Shown: positions 29,161 through 42,716 of the stretch, one piece after another | Layout: each line of letters begins with the position of its first letter | Position numbering within the stretch: position 1 is the first letter of the stretch | Source of the DNA: Eledone cirrhosa | Lineage: Eukaryota | Length of the DNA: 64,000 nt | Reading direction: 5' to 3' | Assembly: GCA_964016885.1 (NCBI GenBank) | Contig: CAXHJY010001470.1 | Coordinates: forward strand, 16,799 to 80,798 | Made by a program: the position numbers and the translations under genes | Notes under the pieces: generated by a model | Database searches by the model: none | What the model was told of the DNA's origin: nothing | The model's input: only the letters and a program-made list of their open reading frames with translations

Positions 29161-29838
29161 CAGAGAACAGTGGTTTTCTCAACAGTCTGGAACCATCCGA
29201 TATGCTTCCATACAACCTAGAATTTAAGAAGGGTACAACCATCGTGCTTTTCAGAAACCTGGCTCAGTCATGGTTGTTCAATGGGTCGTGTGTGGTTGTG
29301 ACTGAACTAAGGGCCTACATTCTCGAAGCCAAAATCCTCACTGGCTGTGGTAAGGGAGACATCGTATTTATACCTAGAATACCGCTAGTACCAACAGATG
29401 TCTCCCTTTCGTTTCAAATGATTGCAATTCCCAGTGAGAGTCAGTTACGCAATGACCATTAATAAGTCCCAAGGTCAAACACTGCAGGTTGTCAGCCTCC
29501 ATCAGGAAAACGTCTGTTTCTCACGTAGTTAATTGTACCTAGGCTGTTCCAGAGTAGGAGGCCCTCACAAACCTTTCATATATACTCCAAAGAACTTTGT
29601 ATATACTGAAGTTCTGTAAATGTTTTATAATTTTCGTAGAATATATTTTTCTATTTTCTTTATTACTTTCTGTATTTAGATATTCTAAATAAATTTTTCA
29701 AATAATATTATGCAATATTTAAATACTTTTAAACATTTTTTATTTTAAGGGAATGGGTATTATGATAGTTACCAGTATTTGCCTTATAAATATATTTGAG
29801 TACAGTACAGACGAGGGCAAAGACCGACTGGCCGCTAG
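29161..29838 (+). mobile_element. Helitron 3' remnant
   Basis: Helicase end, AT-rich UTR, a degenerate GC-rich hairpin near 29812-29826, then CTAG at 29835-29838 followed by T. Confidence 0.7.
29175..29619 (+). pseudogene. Helitron Rep/helicase C-terminal PIF1-like helicase fragment, disabled
   Basis: FLNSLEPSDMLPYNLEFKKGTTIVLFRNL..NGS..VFIPRIPL, then after a frameshift and stop LQFPVRVSYAMTINKSQGQTL...LYLGCSRV...KNFVYTEVL*. These match the PIF1 motifs AMTINKSQGQ and YVAxSRV. Confidence 0.92.
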
Positions 29839-29898
29839 TATCTGTGTGGCTGTATAGAGACAGCTAGATGAATAAATGTAGAGAACTAAATGTGCGTC

Positions 29899-29937
<39 letters not shown>

Positions 29938-30697
29938 GAGAGAGAGACAGGGGCAGGTGTGAGTGGATGTGTAAATGTAGACATATATATTTCGTTGACA
30001 AATATATCAATATGCCCAGACATGTAGATATATTGCCCTTGGTATGACAGTGTGGTTTTAGCTCAATGTAGGATAACTAGTATACTACAGAGCCGTTCGT
30101 AGGGTGCAGATATGATAAGGAGAATCGACCTGTTACAAGGCGATATAATTGGAGTACACCATCCCTCATATGGACTATCATACATGTAGGGCTGCATTAC
30201 TGCTAACCAACTATTCTTTTCACAGACTCATGCTTGCAAACTCTCTTGATCTGCCTGTACACCCTTTTTTTGCACTGCTTGTGCTTTGATGCATCTATAC
30301 TGTGCTTTGTCTTATATATATATATTTTTTTTTTGGGGGGGGGGGCTTTTTGTTCCCTTATTGTTTTGTATTTTTGTATTTATCTCTTTTCTTACCCCCG
30401 TATTTTCTTATATTTTCTTATATTTTCTTATATTTTCTTATATTTTCTGATTGTTTCTGATCATCCCTTGCTACCCTCTCCCAACCTCTTTATCATCTAT
30501 TGCACCATCGAAGTGATATATTTTTAGTGTAATTTTTAATTTTTAAATTTTAAAGACATCTTATGACATTATGTGCATCATGTATTCTGTCTTTTTCCAT
30601 ATAGCGCTGGCCTCGGGACCCCCCTGCTGGCCCCTTAACCTTGTTCTGGTGACACAGCTCGATGGAGCATGCAGCCACTGATATACTCATGTTTATA

Positions 30698-30744
30698 GGC
30701 TCTGAAGATTCCTGCCATGGTGTATGGATGAAACACTGTTAGCT
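30698..30744 (+). ncRNA. Type I hammerhead-like fold (singleton)
   Basis: GGCT/AGCT stem I, CTGAAGA, T-TCC..GGA-T, GAA-ACA-C-TGT-T. AATAAA follows directly. Confidence 0.6.
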
Positions 30745-30924
30745 AATAAAGCAATGTATTTCTAAGCACTCTTTGGTTATTCCTATAACTATAACGACAT
30801 ATATATATGTATGTATGTATGTGAGAGAGGGACAGGTGTGAGTGAGTATATATATGGATGTATAAATGTAGACAGCTGTATGGCAGTATAGACACAGTTG
30901 TATGAATAAATGTAGAGAACTGAA

Positions 30925-30984
<60 letters not shown>

Positions 30985-31962
30985 GGGGGGCAGGTGTGAG
31001 TTGAGTGTATATATGAATGTATAAATGTAGACAGGTGTATAGCAGTATAGACATAGGCAGCTGTATGAGTGAATGTGTAGATAGTTGCGACTGTATATGA
31101 AGGGAGACAAATGTGGTTGCATAAGAGAACAGTTCTACAAGGAGTAAATGTAGAAATGGCAACTTGTATTAGGATGAATCCAGGGGCAATATATCTGCAA
31201 GCCATGGTAGACATGTTGCAGAAGGTTGATAAGAGAGAGGAGGAGGTGGGAGTTAGTATTGTCAGACAAGAGGGTACATACAACACACAGACAAGGCTGC
31301 TCTTCCTGTTGTCGTTGTTGCATGCACTTGCATTGGTTGCACTGTCATGTGCAGACTATTGCACTTGTCGCAACTATTCTTGCTATGTAATTTTGTTGAA
31401 ATAGCTTCCAGCTCTCTTCTACAGCTGCTTCTTTCAACAAACGACATTGTCGCTACCACACCTACACCACCTCTATCTCCCTATCTATCTCCCTCTCTAT
31501 CTCCCTATCTCTATCTCCCTCTCTATCTCCCTATCTCTATCTCCCTCTCTATCTCCCTATCTCTATCTCCCTATCTATATACCTCTCTATCTACCTCTCT
31601 ATCTCCCTATCTATCTATCTAAATAAAGAAACATATCTACCTCTCTATCTATCTACCTCTCTATCTACCTCTCTATCTATCTCTCTACTATCTACCTCTC
31701 TATCTATCTACCTCTCTATCTACCTACCTCTCTACCTACCTCTCTATCTACCTCTCTATCTATCTCTCTATCTATCTACTTCTCTATCTATCTCTATCTC
31801 TCTATCCCTCTCTCTCTATCTCCCTGTCTGTCTAGGTATCTATCCTTTCTGTTGCACTATTTCTTTCTCAGTAGCCCCCTCTCTCTCCTCATTCGTCTAT
31901 ATATACTACATACAGCGTAAACCTAATGTAACTAATTTTGCCTCCTGTGTTTTGTTTGTTTC

Positions 31963-32017
<55 letters not shown>

Positions 32018-32781
32018 TATATGCAAAAGTTCTATTTAAAATTGTTGGGATACAACAAGTAAATATTTTTATAACTGATATAAAGCACTCGACAAGTATT
32101 TATATATATATATTGAAATACCTGACTTATTATATACTAATCACTTCGTATACGTGTATAAGTTTGCATATGTGAGCGTCGTATGTGAATGTAGATGTGT
32201 GTGCTAATTTTTAAATTGCATTTGTGATAGTATTTTACACGTTTTTATTGTATGTAAACTTCCCTCTTTGTATTGTGCCCTTCTTTTGTGCCCTTGTGGC
32301 TAATAAAGAAACATATCTATCTATATAGGAAAAGAGTCAGGACCCCGACGGCTGAGCTCCGGCTGTTTCCACAGCTAGATCCGAACTCGGATGTGTGTGT
32401 GTGCGTGTGTAAACGTTTTGTGTTTCCATAACTGACCTTCACTTCCAACATCTTAAACTCATTAACGGGGTTTTTTTCTATATAGACTTGTTTGATGTTA
32501 ACTCTCTCTCTCTCTCTCAGCCCCCAAAACCTTTTTTGTTAGATAGAACCTGTAGTTTCGTCATCCATTGCAGTGTTTGGACGGTGAGGTGGTATGGAGA
32601 AGGATATACCCTCAGATAGGTGGGTTAGAGATATTGAAATACAGTTATTCCTTGACCGACATGACATGAAGTGGCCGCTCTTATAGTTGGCAGTTATATG
32701 ACATCTGAAGCGATATTCTGTCTGATACTTAAAATTGATGGCGTTATTGAATCTCTGACAGTTCCAACGGCGAGTGTTCCA

Positions 32782-32906
32782 GACAGACGGACGGTGAGTG
32801 ATACAGACAGACGGACGGTGAGTGATACAGACAGACGGACGGTGAGTGATACAGACAGACGGACGGTGAGTGATACAGACAGACGGACGGTGAGTGATAC
32901 AGACAG
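32782..32906. repeat. 24-bp minisatellite, 5 copies
   Basis: Tandem GACAGACGGACGGTGAGTGATACA. Confidence 0.95.
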
Positions 32907-33094
32907 ACTGAGAGAGAGTGTCTGGCCGGCCGGCCTTGAAATTAACGTGCAGGTGACTGAACATTCTACAGACACGTGTACCCTTAGCGTAGTTCTCAGG
33001 GAGATTCAGTGTGACATAGTGTATGACAAAACTGATCCTTTGAATCACGGGTACAAGTCATTTTTGCCTGCTATGAGGACTGGAGCAACGTGAA

Positions 33095-33250
33095 ATAATT
33101 GTTTCTACTTTTGGCACAAGGCCAGCAATTACCCAGTGCATTACTGGTACTTTATTTTATCGACCCCGTAAGGATGAAAGGCAAAGTTAACCTCGACAGG
33201 ATTTGAACTCAGAACATAAGGGGCTATAGCTCTATGCTGTAAAGCATGTG
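33095..33250 (-). mobile_element. S1 SINE
   Basis: Matches the in-window S1 consensus. Confidence 0.85.
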
Positions 33251-33721
33251 TGGCTTGCCCGAGGGTGCAACACTCCACCTGAAATTGCAGTTCCAAACTC
33301 ACGACGTAAGTCGCAAACCCTAACCGGGTAGCTACCGGCCTTCTCTGGGGTGTTTAGTACCCACTGGATATCAATGTGAAACTGTTTATATAGTTGTGTG
33401 TGTGCATATCGATCTATATAGGGAAAGAGTCAGGACCCCGACGTGCTGTATCTTATTTCGGAGATGTGATCCGAATGTTGCAACAATAGACTCTGCTAAA
33501 AACCTCACGGGGCCATGTTAAACCCCACGGGGTCATGTCAAACCCCACGGGGTCATGTCACGGTGTTAAACCAAGTGCCGGATGAATCAGACAAATTGAC
33601 ATAATGATATTGGAAAATATTTCCCAAGAGTGCTTTCTGCATGAAGAAGATATAGTTAAGCGCAAGGCTTCCTATACTGGAAGGTGGTTATGTGTATATG
33701 TATGCATGAGTATATATATAT

Positions 33722-33778
33722 ATGAGATTCCTGATGATTTCTAATGAATGAAACAGTTCTAGTCCTGTAGAATCTCAT
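33722..33778 (+). ncRNA. Type I hammerhead ribozyme, family A
   Basis: Perfect 9-bp stem I ATGAGATTC/GAATCTCAT, CTGATGA at 33731-33737, TTC-TAAT-GAA, ACAG/CTGT, GUA at 33767-33769. Tail to about 33858. Confidence 0.82.
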
Positions 33779-34049
33779 CTATATTAAAACTGTTATACTC
33801 TGCTATGTATTGAGTACCTTACTTACTGTGGTTACCTCCGATTCAACCCGGAATAACGTATATATATATATATATATATATACTCAAATCCAAATTTAAT
33901 AAAAACACCATGTTTTTTAATTCATTCTGACGACTGAAAACAGATACAATATCTGCTTTCAAGAAACCACTGGTAAATGAAATAATTATGTTGTTTATTA
34001 CATAACCACCTTCCAGTATATATATATTATGTGTATATGTATGCATGAG

Positions 34050-34099
<50 letters not shown>

Positions 34100-34952
34100 A
34101 GAGAAGTGAGAAAGTGGAGAAAATAGGAAAAACATTTAATGAATAGGGAGAGGAAAGTGTGTGTTTCTCTGTATGTGAACGTGTCAATATGTATGTTTCT
34201 GTGTGTGTGTGTGTGTGTGAGAGAGAGCATCAGTATGTGTGTGAGCATCTCTGTGTGTGTGTGTGTGTGTGAGGTATCAGTGTGTGTGCGTATGTGTGAG
34301 CGTCTGTGTGTGTGAAAGGGAGAAAGAGGGAGCAGGAAAGAAACTGTATATAGATGTAGGAGGAAGGGGAGGATTATGTAGTGGGACAGAGGGGGATGGC
34401 AGGAGTGAAATTATGGTAAATCAGGAGAGGGGGGGAACTGGATCAATAAAATCCAGACGCTCCTAACAGACAGACATTCTGAGAAAGAGACACAGACAGA
34501 CGGACAGGCAGATAAATTGAGAGAGAGAGAGAGGGAGAGAGAGAGAAACAGTGTGAGACAGAGATATAGAGAGAAAGTGGGGAGAGTAAGAGAGAGACTG
34601 TGAGAGAGAGAAAGAGACAGACTGTAAGAAACGGGGAGAAGGACGGACGGACGGACGGACGGACAGACAGACAGACAGAGGCAAATTCCAAAACAGACAG
34701 ACAGACAGGCAGACAGGGGAAACGAGACAGATTCCCAGACAAATTCCCAGACAGACAATTAAAAGACAACTGGTGGAGTAGGGTGGGGGATGGTGTTGTG
34801 TTAGGGTGGGGAGGGGGCTATGGAGATGGTAGTGGGGAGGATGGTGGTTATGGTGGTGGAGGCTGTGTTTATGGATGTGGTGAGGATGAGGAAGGTGGTG
34901 GCTATAAAGGTGTGATGACAATAGTGGTTATGAAAGTGTTCTATATATATCT

Positions 34953-35140
34953 GTTTATCCCGGGTTCAATCGGGGGTAACCACAGTAAGTAAAGTTCTCA
35001 ATACATAGCAGGGTATAAATATATAATATAGAAATGACTTCTACAGGACTAGAACTGTTTCATTCGGAGGAAATCGGGGCTTTCCTGATGATTTCCTCCG
35101 AATGAAACAGTTCTAGTCCTGTAGAAGTCATTTCTATAAT
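34953..35140. mobile_element. Family A fold-back insertion; plus-strand hammerhead about 35079-35128
   Basis: Minus-strand tail plus palindrome. CTGATGA at 35085-35091, loop II CTCC. Confidence 0.7.
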
Positions 35141-35230
35141 ATATATATAGAGAGAGAGAGAGACTTTACTATCTCAAGTATCGAGTACTCTGTTGAATTG
35201 TGGTCTAACTAGTTTAATACTGGTTTAATC

Positions 35231-35287
<57 letters not shown>

Positions 35288-35342
35288 CGGACCTAGGTGT
35301 CTAAACGGCCTGAACTCAGCCGTTGGCATCCTCAGTATTTTC

Positions 35343-35374
<32 letters not shown>

Positions 35375-35397
35375 GTATATATATATATATATATATA

Positions 35398-35530
35398 AGA
35401 TAGGGTGTGGTAAAAACCAGTTCGACTAGACCATAACCCACCAGAGTACTCAATGTTTGGGGTAGTAGAGTGGGTAATATAAAAAGATTGACGACCCCGA
35501 CGGCTGAGCACCTGCCGTTTCGACAGCTAT
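35398..35530 (-). mobile_element. Family B fragment (stem III, GUC, tail)
   Basis: Similar to 163-300 and 39640-39770. Confidence 0.6.
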
Positions 35531-36034
35531 GTGTGTGTGTGTATATATAGATATATATATATACTATATATATATATATGTGTGTGTGTAATAAAAAATC
35601 TGTGTTTTTGTGAGTGTGTTTATGCCTGTGTCTGTCTTATATGCTAGTGGTTCGTCAAAACAAGATCGATAAAATAAGTCGCTGACTCTTAAAAATAAAA
35701 AAAAATAAAAAAAATAAAAAGTCATACTGGAGTCGTTTGATATAATCGTGTAGATGATGGAGAGACTCCAGCATGGCCTTAGTTTAATGACTGAGGCGTT
35801 TAAAATGAGAAAAGAATGTATGTATATATATATATATATAATGTGTGTGTGTGGAGAGAGAGATACATATATATATTTAATAGGGCCGAGGGATAGGTTG
35901 AGGGGGGGGGGAGAGGAAAATGTAAGGGAGGGTGGAGGGGGCGAGGAAGAATAAGGATGGGTGATAGATGGTGTGTGTGTGTGTATATGTATGATTGTGT
36001 ACTTTTATATATTTTTGTACGTGTATATATATAT

Positions 36035-36109
<75 letters not shown>

Positions 36110-36349
36110 CATGAGTGCTGTTACATATATATGTATGTATGTGTATATATGTATATGTGTATCTATGTGTATATATGTGCGTATCTGTGTATAAGAGTGT
36201 ATATATGTGTATCTCTGTGTATATATATGTGTATCTCTGTATATATGTGTATATATATGTGTATATGTGTTTGTGAATTAGTCGGCTTCTATCAATATTC
36301 GCCGCTATCAATGGTGACCAGATCTCAGGAATGTCACTTGTCAGACAGC

Positions 36350-37230
36350 TGTCACCACCACCACCACCACCAATATATCAACACCACCACCACCACCACC
36401 CCAACACCACCACCACCACTATATTAACACCACCACCACCACTATATCAACACCACCACCACCACCACCAATATATCAACACCACCACCAGCACTATATC
36501 AACACCACCATCACCACCACCCTCACTATACCATCATAATCATACCATCATCATCATCATACTACCATCACCACCAGATAGAGAGGTGGATAGATAAATA
36601 GATAGTTGGGGGGATAGATAGAGATAGAGACAGACAGACAGACAGACAGATGGCGGACGAAAATCTCACCACCACCATTATCACCACCATCACCACCACC
36701 ACCATCACCACCACCACCATCACCACCATCACCACCATCACCACCATCTCCATCACCATCACCACCACCACCATCACCACCATCACCACCACCATCACCA
36801 CCATCACCACCATCACCACCACCATCACCACCATCACCACCATCACCACCACCACCACCACCATCACCACCATCACCACCATCACCACCATCACCACCAC
36901 CACCACCACCACCACCACCACCACCACCACCACCACCACCACCACCACCACCACCACCACCACCATCATCATCACCACCATTATCATCACCAGCAGCATC
37001 ACCACCACCATCATCATCACCACCATTATCATCACCAGCAGCATCACCACCACCACCACCATCATCACCACCACCACCACCATCACCACCACCACCATCA
37101 TCACCACCACCACCACCATCATCATCACCACCATTATCATCACCAGCAGCATCACCACCACCATCACCACCACCACCATCATCATCACCACCACCACCAT
37201 CACCACCACCACCACCATCATCATTATCAT
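36350..37230. repeat. (CAC/CAT)n trinucleotide repeats
   Basis: Direct inspection. Confidence 0.9.
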
Positions 37231-37317
37231 CACTTGTCCACCCACAAATTCCAACGCTACACACTAAAACATTCACGAGTGCAACCACCACCACCACCAC
37301 CGTAGTCAACAAGAGGA

Positions 37318-38830
37318 CCACCACCACCATCAACATAAAGATAACCACCACCACCATCAACATAAAGATAACTACCACCATCAACATAAAGATAACCACC
37401 ACCACCACCACCAACATAAAGATAACTACCACCACTACCACCACCACCATCAACATAAAGATAACTACCACCACCACCACCACCATCAACATAAAGATAA
37501 CTACCACCACCACCACCACCATCAACATAAAGATAACTACCACCACCACCACCACCATAAAGATAACTACCACCACCACCACCACCACCATCAACATAAA
37601 GATAACTACCACCACCACCACCACCATCAACATAAAGATAACTACCACCACCACCGCCACCATCAACATAAAGATAACTACCACTACCACCACCATCAAC
37701 ATAAAGATAACTACCACTACCACCACCATCAACATAAAGATAACTACCACCACTACCACCATCAACATAAAGATAACTACCACCACCACCACCACCACCA
37801 CCATCAACATAAAGATAACTACCACCACCACTACCACCACCACCACCACCACCATCAACATAAAGATAACCACCACCACTACCACCACCATCAACATAAA
37901 GATAACTACCACCACTACCACCACCACCATAAAGATAACTACCACCACTACCACCACCACCACCACCATCAACATAAAGATAACTACCACCACAACCACC
38001 ACCACCATCAACATAAAGATAACTACCACCACCACCACCACCACCATCAACATAAAGATAACTACCACCACCACCACCACCACCACCATCAACATAAAGA
38101 TAACTACCACTACCACCACCATCAACATAAAGATAACTACCACCACCACTACCACCACCATCAACATAAAGATAACTACCACCACCACTACCACCACCAT
38201 CAACATAAAGATAACTACCACCACCACTACCACCACCATCAACATAAAGATAACTACCACCACCACCACCATCAACATAAAGATAACTACCACCACCACC
38301 ACCATCAACATAAAGATAACTACCACCACTACCACCACCATCAACATAAAGATAACTACCACCACCACCACCACCACCATCAACATAAAGATAACTACCA
38401 CCACCACCATCAACATAAAGATAACTACCACCACCACCATCAACATAAAGATAACTACTACCACCACCACCACCACCACCATCAACATAAAGATAACTAC
38501 CACCACCACCACCACCATCAACATAAAGATAACTACCACCATCAACATAAAGATAACTACCACCACCACCACCACCACCACCATCAACATAAAGATAACT
38601 ACCACCACCACTACCACCACCATCAACATAAAGATAACTACCACCACTACCACCACCACCATCAACATAAAGATAACCACCACCACCACCACCACCACCA
38701 CCACCATAAAGATAACTACCACCACTACCACCACCACCATCAACATAAAGATAACTACCACCACTACCACCACCACCATAAAGATAACTACCACCACTAC
38801 CACCACCACCATAAAGGTAACTACTGCTAC
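37318..38830. repeat. (ACC)n-ATCAACATAAAGATAACT compound minisatellite
   Basis: An 18-bp constant module separated by variable (ACC)n. Confidence 0.95.
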
Positions 38831-38943
38831 CCACCCTATTTCACCTCAAACTATAAGACCATCACTGCCATCATATTTTAGCCTCGTTTTGTGAAAAAGG
38901 TAAAAAAGCCACCGAGGTGGAAAAGAGAGACAGACTCAATAAA

Positions 38944-38995
<52 letters not shown>

Positions 38996-39237
38996 ATATA
39001 TACCGTATATATATAATATAATATAATATATACCGTATATATATAATATAGTATAATATATACTTAATATAATATATATATATGTATGTATATATATATA
39101 TATATATTAATATAATATAATATATATATATATATAGTTAATACAACGCTATAAAGTATAATAGTCCACAAGACAGGTAAGCGACAGGTGTGATTGTCTT
39201 AAGGACATGTGTTGGTAAATATTAATATTATTTAATA

Positions 39238-39300
39238 GATTCTGAAGAGATTAGTATAACAGGCATGAACATTCTTGTTTAATCGAAACGATCGTCAAAC
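39238..39300 (+). ncRNA. Type I hammerhead-like fold (singleton)
   Basis: CTGAAGA at 39242-39248, stem II GATTA/TAATC, GAA-ACG-AT-CGT-C (palindromic stem III, GUC). Stem I is weak. Confidence 0.6.
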
Positions 39301-39333
39301 GATTGAATGATTTGATTTAGATCTTGATTATTT

Positions 39334-39382
<49 letters not shown>

Positions 39383-39454
39383 TGGTAAGCTCATGTGCTA
39401 AGAAGCTGTAAAATATATATGTACAGGGTTGAAGGTAATAATTGACTAACTCGT

Positions 39455-39530
39455 ATGTTTCGGACGCTGGTCCTTCACCAGAAAGAATAGTATATGGAAT
39501 GGGAAGAGACAGACAGGACCCATATAAAGG
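39455..39530 (-). mobile_element. Family D fragment with mutated hammerhead core
   Basis: Minus strand TTCTTT-CTGGTGA-A-GGAC-CAGC-GTCC-GAAAC. Confidence 0.5.
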
Positions 39531-39532
39531 AA

Positions 39533-39562
<30 letters not shown>

Positions 39563-39567
<5 letters not shown>

Positions 39568-39770
39568 AACGAGTAGGACCCCGACGGATGAGCTCAAGCC
39601 GTTTCGACGGCTAATTCTGGACTCGAATTCAGTCCAGACTTAGCCGTCGAAACGGCTTGAGCTCAGCCGTCGGGGTCCTACTCGTTCCTATTACCCACTC
39701 TACGACCCTAAGTATTGAGTACTTTGGTGCGTTATGGTCCACCTGGTTCCTTACCACATTTCCTTCGTTA
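39563..39770 (+). mobile_element. Family B fold-back insertion in (TA)n
   Basis: Near-perfect palindrome 39563-39691 followed by the family tail. Confidence 0.72.
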
Positions 39771-40589
39771 TATATATATATATATATAAATTTATATATA
39801 TATATATATAAATTTATATATATATATATATATAAATTTATATATATATATATATAAATTTATATGTATATATATATATAAATTTATATGTATATATATA
39901 TATAAATTTATATGTATATATATATATATAAATTTATATGTATATATATATATAAATTTATATGTATATATATATATAAATTTATATGTATATATATATA
40001 TAAATTTATATGTATATATATATATAAATTTATATGTATATATATATATAAATTTATATGTATATATATATATAAATTTATATATATATATGTATATATA
40101 TATAAATTTATATATATATATATATATAAATTTATATATATATATGTATATATATATAAATTTATATATATATATATAAATTTATATATATATAAATTTA
40201 TATATATATATATATAAATTTATATATATAAATCTATATATATATATATATAAATTTATATATATATATAAATCTATATATATATATATATATAAATTTA
40301 TATATATATATAAATTTATATATATATAAATTTATATATATATATATAAATTTATATATATATATATAAATTTATATATATATATATAAATTTATATATA
40401 TATATAAAAATTTATATATATATATAAAAATTTATATATATATATAAAAATTTATATATATATATATAAATTTATATATATATATAAATTTATATATATA
40501 AATTTATTTATATATATATATATATAAAAATTGATATATATATATATATATATATGTATACATATAAATTGATATATATATATATATGC

Positions 40590-40622
<33 letters not shown>

Positions 40623-40653
40623 TATACATATAAATTTATATATATATATATGC

Positions 40654-40686
<33 letters not shown>

Positions 40687-40697
40687 TATACATATAA

Positions 40698-40745
<48 letters not shown>

Positions 40746-40954
40746 ATTTATATATATATATATACATATAAATTTATATATATATATACATATAAATATA
40801 TATATATATACATACTTATAAATATATATATATATACATAGTTATAAATATATATATACATACTTATAAATATATACATAGTTATAAATATATATATACA
40901 TACTTATAAATATATATATATATACATAGTTATAAATATATATATATACATACT

Positions 40955-40992
<38 letters not shown>

Positions 40993-41190
40993 CTTATAAA
41001 TATATATATATATGTATTTATATATACTTATATATATATATATATCTGTATTTATATATACTTATATATATATATACTTATATATATATCTGTATTTATA
41101 TATACTTATATATATATATATACATACACACATATATATACATACACACATATATATGTGTATTTATATATACTTATATATGTATATAAA
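39770..41190. repeat. (TA)n-AAATTT compound satellite
   Basis: Direct inspection. Confidence 0.95.
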
Positions 41191-41464
41191 TACATAATCG
41201 GAGAAAGCTAATAGCGATACTCCGGCCAAATTCCAACTCACTCAACAAACATTAGGAAATATCTGAGTATATTCCTAATTAAACGTTCGGGGTGCTAACT
41301 AATTGTATTGTGTGGAGAATTGGCTGTATCATTTCATATGAGATATATCAAAATGTGTGTGTTTATATATATATATATAATGTGTGTGTGTTTATATATA
41401 GACAAATATATATAGACAAATAGATATTAAAGATATTGAATGTAATATGTGTACACACACACAC

Positions 41465-41496
<32 letters not shown>

Positions 41497-42385
41497 CAAC
41501 AATGACAACAACAACAACAGCTCCAACTACAAAACAGTCAAATTTGTTATATCGTTGATATTTCCTATGTAAGGTGAGGAAGAAATAACTTTGAACAAAA
41601 TAAAAAGATAATAATAATAATAATAAATAAATTCAGGAATGTATTATGCAACGACAGACCATTATTCATTCTTGAAATATTTTTCAGAACGCTTACTTAC
41701 AGCATTCAGTTACCTAATATCACAAGTAGCCATTTTGCCATTACGCTCAGCAGCCGATAAAGACAGGCTAACAAAAAAAGATAGAAATAAAAAAACAACC
41801 GCTAGATCTACGCTGACGATGACGTTATATTGCCAGCAGCAAACGAGGTGGTTGCCATGTTTAGACAGTAATAATAGAGTGGCGGGCTTTTTCCACGTTC
41901 AGTTACATTACGTAAAAATTGTAGTTGGTTTGTTTCCTACACACACACACACATACACACACACACTCTCTCGTGTACACACATAGGAATCGAATATTTT
42001 CAGTGGATGTACCCATACATACATACATACACACATACACACATACACATATTTACACACACATATTTACACACGCACATATATACACACTTTATATACA
42101 TACATACGTACGTACATACATACATGTATATATATATATATATAAATACTTTAGACGTATATCGTTTGATTTGTCCAGGTGTATCTTTTAACCTGTTAGT
42201 TCTTTCGTTACTTTGGTATTGTATGGTTGGGTTTTGCCAACCGCAATGTTCAATTTGTCAAGCTATTTAAACGTATGTTATTACTCTAAGGACCTACCCT
42301 TATTGAGTGCTTTGCTAACTCATTCTTATTGTAGGTCGACTTTGCTTGCCCACAGCCAAAGCTTCGATTTTACTAAGCTTCCACT

Positions 42386-42469
<84 letters not shown>

Positions 42470-42639
42470 TACGCTGACACATTTGCCTCTCCATGTCAAA
42501 AGGGCATCGCTGAGAGAGAAAGAGAGACTAATTGGGCCGAGACAGTGTGTGTGTGTGTGTACTCGATTAATCTTTCTTTACCCCTCTAAAGAGGTGGGGC
42601 CTCATGTCTCCATGCAACAGCAAGAACCGAATAACTAGG

Positions 42640-42716
42640 TATAAATAGGTGTTTGTATGCTACCGAGGTTCAACTTGGAGCTCACCACAAGTCCGTTTTC
42701 TTGTACAAAGGTAAGA
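42640..42716 (+). promoter_or_regulatory. Candidate TATA promoter with short non-coding first exon
   Basis: TATAAATA at 42640, Inr-like TCAACTT with A at 42672 (32 nt downstream), donor-like AAG|GTAAGA at 42710/42711. Confidence 0.35.

Noticed and set aside
31111-31459. Short non-repetitive ORFs on both strands
   Set aside because: No recognisable domain or splice context.
32539-33093. ORFs of 93-169 aa with repeated peptides
   Set aside because: Made of a dispersed repeat (related sequence at about 43230-43450) interrupted by a 24-bp minisatellite.
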